From: Geosiphon pyriformis uo1
Taxonomy: Eukaryota > Fungi > Glomeromycota
Direction: 5' to 3'
Assembly (NCBI GenBank): GCA_016748015.1
Contig: JAAOMT010000779.1
Coordinates: forward strand, 1 to 64,000
Length of the DNA: 64,000 bases
Part shown: positions 25,343 to 38,027 of the stretch, piece by piece
Position numbering within the stretch: the first letter of the stretch is position 1
How the letters are laid out: every line of letters starts with the position of its first letter
Made by a program: the position numbers and the translations under genes
Notes under the pieces: generated by a model
The model's database searches: none
What the model saw: the letters and a program-made list of their open reading frames with translations, nothing else
What the model was told of the DNA's origin: nothing

Positions 25343-28210
25343 AGTATTAATCATATAAATATTATAATTATAAGTTATTAAAATTTAAGTTTTAAGCATT
25401 TTTATACAAATAACTTCAATTATTAATTAAAAAAATATATATATAAATTTTTAATTAAAAAAAAGTTATTTTTGTTGTTATTAAAGTATTTAATAAAGCA
25501 AATATCTAAAATATTAATATTTTTTATTTTTGTTATTATTATTTTTTTAAATAATAAAAAAATTAAAAAAATCATTCAGAACTATAAAATTATTAAGTAA
25601 ATTTATATTTGTTAATATTTATAGTTAGAAATAATCAAATTTTAATAAAATTAATTTTTTGTTTTATTATAATTATAAAAAAAAATATTGTATAATAGCC
25701 AAAAAAAAGTATTATTAAATATCAAAAATTAAAAGTTTATTTAAAATTAAATATATTTTATTTAAAGTAATATTTTTTTTTAATTTTATTTGATTATTAT
25801 AATATAATCAATATTAATTAAATATTATATATTTAATTAAATAGCAAAAATTGGATTTTTAGTTAATATATAAATAAAAATAATAATTTTAAAATATTTT
25901 GTGTATTTTATTACTTGATTTAAAATTTAAAATGTTTGATGTTCTTTTTGATTAGATTATATTTTAAGTTATAATATAGAATATATATTTTTTTTTAAAA
26001 AAATTATCTTTGCTTATTTATGTTTTTTTATTATAAATCAAATTTATTTAAAAAAAAACAAGTTTATATAAAGAATTAATTATAGTACTTTCTATAATTT
26101 TAATCTTTGTTATCTGTTTTAATAATTTATAATCTGATATAATAATTACAAATTTTAATAATAAGTATATAAAATATAAGTTTAAATATATGATAAATTT
26201 ATTTGTTTATTTAAGATATTTGTATAAATATAAATATTAATTTTTTAAATTTATTTTTTAAAAAATTTTTTCCAATAAAGTTTTTATTTTAAAGTACATT
26301 ATAGCTTTGATAACCATTAAATATATATAAATAAAAGCAATAAAAACATTCATCTCTTTGTTTAATAAATTAATTTATAAAATCCGTAATTACTTAAATT
26401 TATGCTTAAAAAAATATTTAAAATTTAAAAAATTCAGATATTAATTCTATAATAATATAAGCAGTATTTTTACTTTTTTAAAATCTTAAAAAATTCGAAA
26501 TTATTGAATATTAACAATTTAATCTTAAATATTTATTGAATTTTTTATAAAATATAAAAATAAATAAGAATTTTAAATTAAAAAGCATAAAGTTAACTTA
26601 TTATATTAATGTAAATATTAAAAAAAATTAACTAATTAAATTATTAATATTTAAAAAATATATAGTTATAATATTTAAATAAGTTTTATTATAATCTAAC
26701 AAAAAGACTAAAATAACAAAATATTTTAACAAAAAACAAATTATTAAAAGAAATTTTTCTAAAAAAAAATATTAATTATGTAATTTATTATCAAATAAAT
26801 ATAATAATTTATTAAGTAATATTATTATTCAAATAATAAAGTTTTATTTTTATTTTGTACTAATTACTATATATATACAAAAAAATTATTTATAAATATT
26901 ATTGAAATCTTAGTTATTATATTAAGATTATCTTAAAAAATAAGCAAAATTGTTATTTTATTTTATTTATATTATGTTTTACCTATTATCTTTTGTTTTA
27001 GTATACTATTCTATTATAATTTTAAATACATATAATGTTAAATTATTTTTAGAGCCAAACAGACTTATTAAAATATAATAAATTTTTTTCTATTAGAAAA
27101 AGTGTATTTAATAAGTATATTTATTTCTAAAATATAAATATGTAAAAATTTGGTTTATATTTTTTAAAATTATAATAGATACTTATTTAATATAACAAAA
27201 TAATTAGAAATTATAATAATAAAATATAGATATTAAAATTTTTTGGTCTAAAATTGTCAAAATTAATAAATAAAATTAAAAAGCAGAATTACAATAATAA
27301 TAAACTTATTTTCTATTAAAATAATACATTAATATTTTTTGAAATAACTGATTTTTTAAAATATTCTTCTATTTTACTTTTTTTTTCTATATACTATTTT
27401 TTATTAATATTAAAAATATGGTTTTAAATATTATTAAAAATTCTTATATGCAAAAAAACAAATTTATTTTCAAAAATACATATTGGTTTTTATAAATTTT
27501 AATTACCAAATTTTTTGTATGAGTAATATACTCTTTTTTTCAACTATAAATCTTATAATAATTAAGTTTATTAAAAGCTTTTTGCATTACAATTTTGATA
27601 TTAGTCAAAAATAAATTATTTTTATTATTATTGTCTTTATTATTGTGTTTGTTTTTGTTATTAATATAATCTTTAATGAAATTTTAAAAATAATTATAGA
27701 TAAAAATTACATAAAAAAATTAGATATTTAATATAAAAAATTTTATATATGACTAAGAAAATAACTTTTAAAATTATAATAAAATTAGATAATACTTTGT
27801 AAATATAATATAGTTATTTTTTTTTTTTATCTTTTTTTTTTTTAATATTAAAAAATCAATCTAATTTAATCAAATTTATATGTTTACTTTAATATATTAA
27901 ATATTGAATTTTAATAAATTACAATATTACAAATTAACTCTAACTTTTTAAAATTAGAAATTTAATATTGTTTTTTAAATTTTTATAATATTAAGATAAA
28001 AATAAATTTTAATAATTAATTTTTAAAGTTAAATAATATATAAAATATAATAAATTAAGATTATAAAAATTTTGAATTTAATAATTAAACAAAACTAATT
28101 TTGATTATATATTTATTTTGAAAATTAAATCCAAATTTAAAATACTTAAAATATTTAACTTAATATTTTTTTCAATAATATTGCCAGTTTTTAATATTTT
28201 AATGTATTTT

Positions 28211-30514
28211 TTTTTTATTCGTTTAATGAGCAAGACCCAAAAGCTACCTAAAACAATACATCAAAGAATCAATCTAAATTAAGTGCTAATTATGTATTTT
28301 CTATATGTGACCAGCCACTCAGACCAGTCAAAGACACACTACACTAAAACAATAGGAAGTGAGAATAACTCCAACTCACAAATTTTTTCAATAACACCAT
28401 TCAGATTCTTAGAATCAAAAATAAACTTACTAAGAAACAATCTAATAGATTCAACACTACTTCTAACCTCAGCACCCGACATTTGTCACAAAGCGACAAC
28501 ATGCTCAACAGTGTCTTCACTTAAAAAAGAAGGTTTGGCAGTCTGTATATCATCATAATCCATATCACCAAAGTCAACTTCAGATCTAAGACAAGCAATG
28601 TTCTTAAACACACCAACCAGAAGATTGGCAAAATTGTTAGAAGCATATTTCATAGAAAGAAGATCTTTCTCTAACTGCACAGTCTTAACAGCATTATTAT
28701 TAAGAAAATGAGATACCAAGGCAACCAAAAAGCCAACAGACTCAACAATAGACTTTACCAAGACAGCCAAATCCGAAATTTGCTTTTTCAAAGAGTCTAA
28801 TCTGGACCCAACAGCAGGATCAACAACAGTCATAGGAGGGGCAGAAGCCACCAAAGGAGAAAATTCAGACATAACAGAGGAAGCAAATGTCTTAGCATAA
28901 GACAAAGAACCAACAAAATGTGGTTTAAACATCTTGGGAGCCTTAGGAGAAGAAGGCAGAGAAACTTTGCAGTCAACAGCCAAATGGCCTACTTCTTGAC
29001 ATCTGAAACATCGTCAACAACCAGGAGTTTCCCACCAAATATGGCATTTTCTTAAGGTACCAGTTTTAATGATTGCAGAGTTTAAATCAACTCGGGAACC
29101 AAACGTAACCAGAGCAAACTGAAAATGACGACCAGAATCGGGTGAATGAAGAATAAAACATGTCTGGCCACCAATCTGAGAGATCATATCACTAATTTTA
29201 AAGACAGTACAGCCAGAAGGGAGATTGACCAACTTGGCCTTAAACATATCATGAGACAAAATAGTCTCATTTTGATTCACTAGAGGGAGGATTTTAACAC
29301 TATCCTTGCCCACCAAAACTGACCAATGATTCAAAGCAGACACAGCAGAGTCTAACTTTTCAAAATAAACCACCACATACTGCCAAACACTAGCAGGCTT
29401 CAGCACAACACGAACAACACTACCAAACACACTAAGAGCTGTTTTAATGTCAGCAGCAGACACATCCAAGAGCACATCTCGCAGCACAACAGCAGCAGAA
29501 GGAGAAACAAATTCAGAAACCACCAAAGACTTGGCAATTTTAAGAGTGGCCAAATGAACAGAGCTTGTAAGCTCAACTAGAAATACAGCTTCCAAAGATT
29601 GTTAAAAAGCAAACTCCATACAGAAAAGCTTCACATTGTCTTTTGAAACAGATTTAGCACCTAAAAAACCATGTACAAACTGAAAAACAGCCTTAACATG
29701 AGCCAATTTGATCTTAAAAGTAGCATCAGGCACCAGAGTGAAGGCCATCCATCCAGCAAACCTTTGATGACTAATAATAGTTTCCCAAGCACCACCAGAA
29801 AGAGCACCAGAAACTAGAGAAGGGGTTGATTCAGTTTCCATTTGATCAGTCCAGTTCCCAAAAACAGGTGACCCAACAGAAGAAGATTGATTTGCTTTTA
29901 AAACCGGTAATGATCTGTTAGAAGACACCACATTTGGCAACATAGCTAGTGGTTGATCTTGGTCCATCTTGGATGACATGCCAGATGATGCTATAAAGAT
30001 TTTATCTAAGATCTTATTGGGAACCACAAAGGGGTTCAGTGTAATAATAGCAGAGGCAAATGACTGTCCCCACTTTTCTGAACTTTTGGTTTTTTTGACC
30101 ATTTTTTTTGAAGAGATAGTGCTAGCAACACCAAGTGTTGAATCTATGGAGGGGAAAACCAGCTTATTTACTGGTCTATTATTAAAAACTTTTAGGCTCT
30201 TAGTCAAGATGGAGGCAACACTAGAACTAACCCAAGTGTGTCTCTTTGAGGGAATTTTGACTAGTGAGAAACCAGCCAAAGATGAAGAAATTGCTTTAGT
30301 GGCTACCAAAGGCAACTTATCACGATTACTGGGTAAAGGGAAGGCTTCTAAAACGTTTTGCCTAATTGCTTCTACAACAGAGAAAGCTCCTCTGGTTGAA
30401 ATTTTATTAGATATCTCAGGACAGATATTAGGTACAGCTTTTTTACTCTTTGCTTTGGTCATGGTCATAAAATTAAGGAGAGAAAGAGCTTTTTTTTTTG
30501 AATTTTTTTTTTTT
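28211..30514 (-). mobile_element. ORF1-only non-LTR retroelement, copy 3, inserted in the hAT relic
   Basis: Frame-intact 710-codon ORF from 30468 to 28339 with nonsense codons only. CFRCQEVGHLAVDC knuckle, 3' tail and poly(A). TSD (tttt)aatgtatttt at 28197-28210 and 30515-30528. Confidence 0.9.
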
Positions 30515-30958
30515 TTTTAATGTATTTTAAACTATTAAATTAATAATATAAACAATATAACAAATATGATTTTTATGCTTATTAAATTTGATATTTTTAA
30601 GATAACACATAAATATATTGTTATTTATGATATTATTTATAGTATATATAAGAATTCAAAAAATTAAAAATAAATAAAAGTACAATAAAAAAATACAATA
30701 TTAATATATCTTAATAAAATATTAAGTTTTTTACAATATTTTACAAATACTATAACAAAATTTTTATTAAAATACAATCTATTAAGTTGAATAAAATTGA
30801 CAAAAATACCTATTAATTGCCAATTTTTATTAATTTAGTATTTTGTAATTTTTAAAAAAACAATTTAATTTAAAAATATTTAATAATTAAAAGTGAAAAA
30901 ATTCAGTCTAAAATATTTTAAAATTAATAAATATTAAAAATAATAATTACATTATAAT

Positions 30959-32330
30959 TTTTTTTTATTACATTTAACGAGCAAGATTCAAACACTACCT
31001 AGAACAATACATCAATGAAATGATCTAAACTAGACATGAATCATGCACTTAACTACACGTGACCAGCCACTCGAGCCAGTCAAAACAACACTATACAACT
31101 ATATTAACAGAAACTATGTCACCAATACCCGAAAAAAACAAACAAGACTTGTAAAAGCCAAAAAGAATGCCAAAGGCTTCAGTAACACCAAGCAATTTGA
31201 CCACATTAGGTGACAACCTCGAAACTGAACCAAAAACTGGGATGGAAATTGATTTGTCTGCTGGGATCAGGCCATTTTTTTCCATAAAAGCACAATGCTT
31301 TGCATGGACCAACCAAATATTATTCTTAAAATCAGAACATAGAGAGTGCATAAAATTAGTAATTTTAACTCCAGCAATCTTGGGATCATGAAAGACAACA
31401 ACAGCCTCTTGAAACCATCCATTGAAAACAAAACCCTTGTAGAAAGCCAAAGAAACCAGCAAATCCAAAGCATAAGTTGATATAAACTGCAATACCACCA
31501 AAGAGGGAAGAGAGAGCCCAGAAACTAATCTCCAAGAGGACATACCAGATTCCAAAACCTGACAACAAGCCGAATCATCAACCACACAAGAAAACACATG
31601 ATCAGAAACCTCTACCTCATCACAGTATAAACACAAGACACTAGGATAACATTTATCATAAATGCACTTCTGGATAGTTACAGGAAGCCAATAGTGCAAA
31701 GCCTTTATTAGATAAGTTTGAATATCAGTTGTGAGCCTGCTAGTGAAGCCAGTGGCCATATGCAAATTAGGGTGCCAAACCCCAGAAAAACTGAGCCAGT
31801 CAATATCTGAATGCAAACTACTAGCCAGAAATTCAGAACCAGAACTGACTTCCCATCATGCATGACAAACCACATGATAAACATCTCGAACAAAGTGTCT
31901 AGAATTACCAGAAACAACACCATCATCTGCCAACAAAAAGTGTCCATCCATGTGAAGAGGAAGAAACCAACCAGATAGAGACACATTATCAGCAATACTA
32001 TCAACATGGTCATTCTCCAAAATGCCGGAGTGGCTCTTGACTTTGTGCCAACTAACTTTCAAATTCTTACTGTAGATAACATTCCAAATATGCCGCCACT
32101 TGACCCAACATTGATTGCAAAAGTCAAGGCACACTAGGCTTAACTCAGATCTACAAGCATCCAAAGCTGCTTGACTATCCGAAAACAATTTAACAGAATG
32201 AGTTGCAGGCACATACTCCAAAGCCAATGCTATAGCCTGTAATTCTGCTAAAGTAGATGACACCAAACTCTGAACACTGACACTTAAACCCAAACCAATG
32301 TCTTCAAAAAAAACAGCCACCCCAGCTCTA
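30959..32330 (-). mobile_element. 5'-truncated LINE (RNase H plus C-terminal Cys/His domain of ORF2)
   Basis: SSTLAELQAI..FSDSQAALD..WHKVKSHSGILENDHVD (RNase H) and CLYCDEVEVSDHVFSC. Homologous to 61200-62512. 3' tail and poly(A) at 30959-31090. Possible weak TSD tataat. Confidence 0.9.
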
Positions 32331-34172
32331 TATAATAAAAATTAAATTATTTACAAAAGGTTTAAAATATTTTGTTTTTTTATTATAAATAATTTATAAT
32401 ATTATTTTTCATAATATTAATTTTAAAAATAAAAATATTAGGCTTAAAAAAATAGAAAATTTGTTATTAAAAATATTCATTTTTAATAACAATAAATAAT
32501 TTGTTTTTATTAATTAATTATTATAATTAATATTTTTAAAAACAATTTTTAAAAACAATTTAAAAAAATTATAAATATTGTATGGTTTTTAAATAAACAA
32601 AAATACAATTGGGCTAAATTCATTAAATGCTTTGTTAAACAAAAATAAATAGTATTATAATTTAAAAATTTAATAAAATTATAAAATATTAAAAAGAAAG
32701 TATTATAATATGTTTTTTTATAGAATTACAAACATGTATATATATAGTAGTTTTAATATTAAAAAGAATAACAATTTTAATAATTCAATAATTAATTTCA
32801 ACAATTCAATTTTTTATTTTAAAATTATTAATTAGTCTTTATTTTTAAAATAAATATCCAAAAAAAAATCTTTAATTAAAAAAAATATTGAAAAATATTG
32901 AAAAATAAATTATCATAATTAAAAGTATTAAAAAATTTATTTGTATTATTTATTAAATAAAACTATTATTTATTAGCTAAACCTCTTAAAAAAATAATTT
33001 TTAATCAAAATTATTTACATTATTATTAATTAATAAAAAGTCTTATTATAAAAATTAAGAAAAACACTAAAAATTATTAATATTTTGTATTTCTAAATTA
33101 GAAAAACACATTAGGCAATTGCAAAAATAGTCTTAAAAAAGACTTTAAAATAATGAGTAAATTTTAGTCCAATTTTTGAAAAGAAGTACATAAACATATA
33201 TAATAATTAAAAATTGAAAAATAATTTATATTGTAATATTAAAAAGAAAACTTTTAGTATAATATCAATATTATCATACAAATAGAATTAAAAAACTCAT
33301 AAAAGACTAATTGCAATTAAAACAAATAGATTAATAATAATGTCTATTTCTAATTTCAAAAATTTATTTATTGGTTCTAACTTTGTAGATTTTTTGCTGA
33401 TTTTATCAAGATGTTTTTATTGTAAATATTTCATTAATGAAGTAATACTAAATTCATTCTATTTTATATCTTGGCTATTAAAAACTTATTAATAAATAGG
33501 CTAAACAGATAATAAATAATTAATAAAAAAATATTTTTATAATTAAAAATACTTACTTATAAAAACTATATTTAGCTTTTTTATTGCTAAGTTGCTTATA
33601 AAAATTCCAAACCCATGGTTGTTTCTTTTTTTTTAGTTGTAATAATTATAGTATCTATTTCAATATCACTATTAAACATATTATTTTCAGAAATAAATAT
33701 ATTATTCTGAATATCTGTTATTTTTCAAGTTAAAAAGAACTAAATTGAGATTTAATCTACTCATATAAGACTTGGCAAGTCGAGTTGAGTCATGAAATTT
33801 TGATTTGTATTATTCCGAGTCAAAATATTTACGGCTCGAATTTAACTCTTACAAGTCAAATACTAAGTCAAGAAGAGTTGACTCGACTTTTTTGGAGCCT
33901 TAACCACCAAAAACCAATTTAAGTTAAATTTAGTAAATATAATATTGCTATTATTATTTATAATTGGTAAAAATATCAAAAATTAAAAACCAAATTTTTA
34001 AAACAAAAATAGTATTTTAAATAATGATTTAAAAAATAATTTTTTTTAATATTTTAAAAAAAAAATTGTTTTTTTGCTATTTTAATTTTCTTAACTATTT
34101 GAACAGCAAAAAAAATTGATAATAACAAACAGTAATTTAATTAATTTGTAATTAAAAACTTTAAAGTTTTTT

Positions 34173-34207
<35 letters not shown>

Positions 34208-34546
34208 TATAATAATAATAATTTAATATAAGCAATTGATTATATATTAATTATTAAAATGATTAATATAAATAACAAAGAAATTACATTTATGAAACCA
34301 AAAAAAATATGAATATTTTTAAAAACAATTCTTACCATATTTCTTAAACAACTTAATATATAATTTGTGATAATTTAAAAGATAAGTTTTGATTAATAAT
34401 AACAAAAATTTTTCATTAAATTAGTCAAGTACCCGGATTAACAATGAAAAATTTTTATAGGTTAAATCAATTCATCCCAATCAAGGGTACGATAAAAAAT
34501 AGTAATTTAAATAATAAAAAAAGGATAAATTAGTAGGTGATCAACC

Positions 34547-34618
34547 GGCTCTATGGTCTAGTAGTATGATTCTCGCTTTGGGTGCGAGAGGTCGCGGGTT
34601 CAATTCCCGCTGGAGCCC
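34547..34618 (+). tRNA. tRNA-Pro (anticodon UGG), intronless, with a D-loop G18>A change
   Basis: GGCTCTA/TGGAGCC acceptor stem, CTCGC-TTTGGGT-GCGAG anticodon arm and GCGGG-TTCAATT-CCCGC T arm. Pol III T-run at 34634-34642. Confidence 0.95.
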
Positions 34619-35152
34619 AGTTGAAGAACATAATTTTTTTTTATAATTTCCGTCGTGATCGATTCTTACGATTAAGATATTCAAAATTGAAATTAAATGA
34701 TTGAGATAAATTTTTTTAAATAATAAATTAAACATTATTTGTTTATTTTAAAAAAAAGTTTCGTTAAATGGAAAGTAGGTTGGTAAAAAGAAATTCATTT
34801 GACTAAAACCAAATCTTTTTATAATATTTAAATTAGACAAAAAAAAATTATGACGATATGACGACTTTTTGATAATTTTTTAGCGGAATATTTGGTGATG
34901 ATGATGATGATGATGGGAATATTTCATTCTTTGATATCGAAACATTTTCAATAAAAAAAATTTTTTTTTTATTGTTTATCAGAAATTGATGAAAATTTAA
35001 TTTTTTTAATAAAAAAGATGTTTCCGAACCCCGAGCCAAAAATAAACGAAATAAATCATGAACGCCAAGTATCTAATTACGGTTTATGCATTTCATGATT
35101 TACGAGGAAGGAAGGTTTGAAGAATTGCAGAAAAAAAGCGTGGTAGCAGCGT

Positions 35153-35196
<44 letters not shown>
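35153..35196. repeat. (GAT)n microsatellite
   Basis: Direct reading of the sequence. Confidence 0.95.
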
Positions 35197-35197
<1 letters not shown>

Positions 35198-35796
35198 GTT
35201 TGGGAAATGAGATTGATATTATTATTGTCCGAAAAAATCTAAAGAATCGTATATGTATTAAGAAAATTATCGTTATAATTTATTTCCCTATAAAGGATAT
35301 TTGAGTAACGTTTTGTTTTAATGTGAAACGGTCGTTCAAAAAACGAAGAGGTTCGAGATTATTATATTGTGATAATTATATTGTGATACTTATTATTGTG
35401 ATACTTATTATTGTGATACCAAAAGAACATTATTTTTTTTTTGATACCGAAATGATATTCAAAAAATAAATAAATATAAATAAATATAAAATAAAAACGG
35501 GTTAGACGATTTTTTTTCAAGTTTTATCCCAAGGAGCTAGATTAAAAACGAGAAATCCGATTCCCCAAATCTTAAATGACGAAATTTTTTAATCCTGATC
35601 TTGAAAATTCCGTTTTTTCTGGGACCGTGATGTGTTAAAAAATCATAATAAATAATTATAATAATAATAATTATAATAAGGTTAGATAAAGTTTTTAGAA
35701 TAGTAATTGCCTATTGGTAGATTTTACTTTTCTATATCGTTTAAATAACAGATAAGTTTCAATTACGATTACGATTAAGGTTATAGATTATAAATT

Positions 35797-35842
35797 ACAG
35801 ATTATAGATTATAGATTATAGATTATAGATTATAGATTATAG
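35797..35842. repeat. (AGATTAT/TAGATT)-type hexamer microsatellite
   Basis: Direct reading of the sequence. Confidence 0.9.
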
Positions 35843-36008
35843 GTTATGATTTCTTTTTCTTTTAAATATCCAAAAAAAATCAAAAAATTCAAGTACAATT
35901 ATGTTCATGTATGACTAAAATAAAATACATTTGAAAATTTTTGGGAAAAAATCATTATAAACATTTTCAAAAACAATTTGATTATCGATGAAAAAGGATA
36001 TAGAAGAA

Positions 36009-36104
<96 letters not shown>

Positions 36105-36125
36105 GTTATTATTATTATTATTATT
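36009..36125. repeat. (TAT)n microsatellite
   Basis: Direct reading; it produces the spurious poly-Tyr ORF. Confidence 0.95.
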
Positions 36126-37101
36126 TTATAATCGAGAAAAAAAGAAAAAAAAATTTCTTTTTTAAAACTTTGATCAGTATTTTGGATAATTTTTAGAGAT
36201 ACACTTCACTTCAAAAAAACGGGATCATGCAAAAAATTGCCGTGCTTGTGAAACCTTTTTTTCATTTGACAAAGATAGTCTAGAAAAATTTCCCTCTTTA
36301 CTAATATATAAAGTTAAAATTCTCATGGTAATACATTTTATTATAATAATAATAATAATAATAAAATAATTAGCCGTTTGATTGATTAGAATGGTTAGTA
36401 TTTATCTTTTTAGTAATAATAATTGACAATTAGTTTAAAAATTTTTTTTGTACTTGTACTATACGTGAAACATTACCAACTGGGAACACAAAATTTTCAC
36501 AGCCAATTCCCATATAAAGTTTACCTCTTCGGCCCCACCTCTAGCCTTCTCTCTCGCTTATTTCGCCTTTTAGTTTGATCATAAGTATACTTTACTGAAT
36601 TCTTATTTATTATTGTCACTTTTACCTCTTTTTCCCCTTTCTTGGCCCTTTTAACCCTGTGGTGGTCACCATCATATTTAAAAATCGACTCGGTTTTTTT
36701 ACCGTGACGCATACGAAACAAAAAAGACATCTTTTATACTATATCCCTTAAAGTAAAAAGAATTATATTAAACGATATTTTTTTATGACAAACGATTTCC
36801 CATCTTTGCTACTACTACTATTATCTCTCTACCCATAACTCTTTCCGATACATTCTCTTTCTGATCATTTTCATAACATTTCTCTTTTTTGTGTATATAT
36901 AAAGAACCGTCAGCAAATTTTACCCACTTTTTTTTTCTCCTTTTACATTAAAAATTGAAAATTGAAAATTGAAAAAATACCCTAATTCAAAATTTCCCTC
37001 ATAATCTAAATTGGGAATTTTTTTTGTAAATAAACGAAAAAGATTAAAGAAAGAAAAAGTGTGAAATAAAACTTCAATATATCTATTTATCTATACATAC
37101 A

Positions 37102-37135
<34 letters not shown>

Positions 37136-37286
37136 CAAAAAGAAAGAACGAGGAAAAAGATTTTTTTCCCAAAAACAAAAATTTTCAAAACAAGTTCGAA
37201 AGAAGAAAGTACCGCGTACTTTATTTTATTTCTTTTTTGATAAAAACCACGAACGACCAAAGCAACAAAGACAGTTTAAAATAAAA

Positions 37287-38027
37287 ATGGCATTTGCACA
37301 AGCGTCCGGTTCAAGTTCGTCTTCTCGTCCTTATCAACAACAACAACAACACCCCTACCATCACCAACGAACTTCCTCGTCCTTATCAGTGTTTGGAAAC
37401 TCCCAAGAACAATACCAGCCGTCGTTCTTTCGACGGGCTTGGGATAAAGTAGAAAGTGAGCAATTCAATCTTTACATCATTTTTCTTTCAAAGAGTTAAA
37501 TCAAAGAAATTTGAATCAACATTCATGTATAATTAACATAAGTTTCTATTTCCTAAATGAATAGGTATATTGACTCAAAATCCAAATAAAACCACTTCAT
37601 ATTTAAACAATGATGAGGATGACGACGAGTTACTGGAAGAAGAGTTTCATAATCCATTAAATCCACATCGTCGTCAAATTCTTAAAGAAGGTTCTATCAG
37701 TTCAAGAATGTCAGCGGATAGTGGTGGTAATTATTTTAATTTTCTTATTTAACTCTAACTTTTACCTCATTTTTCGTTAATATAACTATTACATGTTTAT
37801 GTATGCTGACCTAATCAGTGATTTCAATTCCTTTAAATTTGATAGATGAAAGACCTTTCAGTCGTTCATCATCAAGGCCAGTATCACGAGCCTCATCAAT
37901 GCGTCGTTATGATCCTTGGCAACAACGTGTCAATGATGAATTAGAAGCTACGAAAGTTGAACACGCTCAAATCAAAGATATGATTTCTGGTTGGGCAATG
38001 GGTGAAGTTGGTCCTTGGTTTGATTAA
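37287..38027 (+). CDS. Hypothetical ~170-aa protein, 3 exons (37287-37455, 37565-37726, 37846-38027)
   Basis: ATG in aaaATGg context. GT-AG introns with matching phases join three ORF-track fragments. An alternative in-frame acceptor exists at 37818. No family recognised. Confidence 0.7.

Larger units (their letters stand above)
26990..33902 (-). mobile_element. hAT DNA transposon relic with intron-containing transposase, split by two retroelement insertions
   Basis: Motifs in order on the minus strand: terminus taaggctcc plus GAGTC/GACTC subterminal repeats (33775-33902); zf-BED PWVWNFY..KAKY and SLMKYLQ*KH (33390-33625); ITKY*INKNW..LYFNKNF (ITGHWIDENW..SHSGENL, ~30760-30860); TINN..NHICYIVYIINL (TTDN..HIxCxAHIINL, ~30530-30650); IVIY*NSIFNI (VTRWNSTFDM, ~27890-27930); LF**K..IKYTFS (LWWK..VERTFS, ~27090-27340). 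Confidence 0.75.

Noticed and set aside
18683-30520. Antisense ORFs conserved across the ORF1-only copies (18683-19222, 24814-25344, 29969-30520)
   Set aside because: Most simply shadows of a Ser/Thr/Lys-rich sense frame; no domain recognised and no independent evidence of coding.
35797-35842. Hexamer repeat as interstitial telomere
   Set aside because: The unit is not TTAGGG-like and the tract is short.
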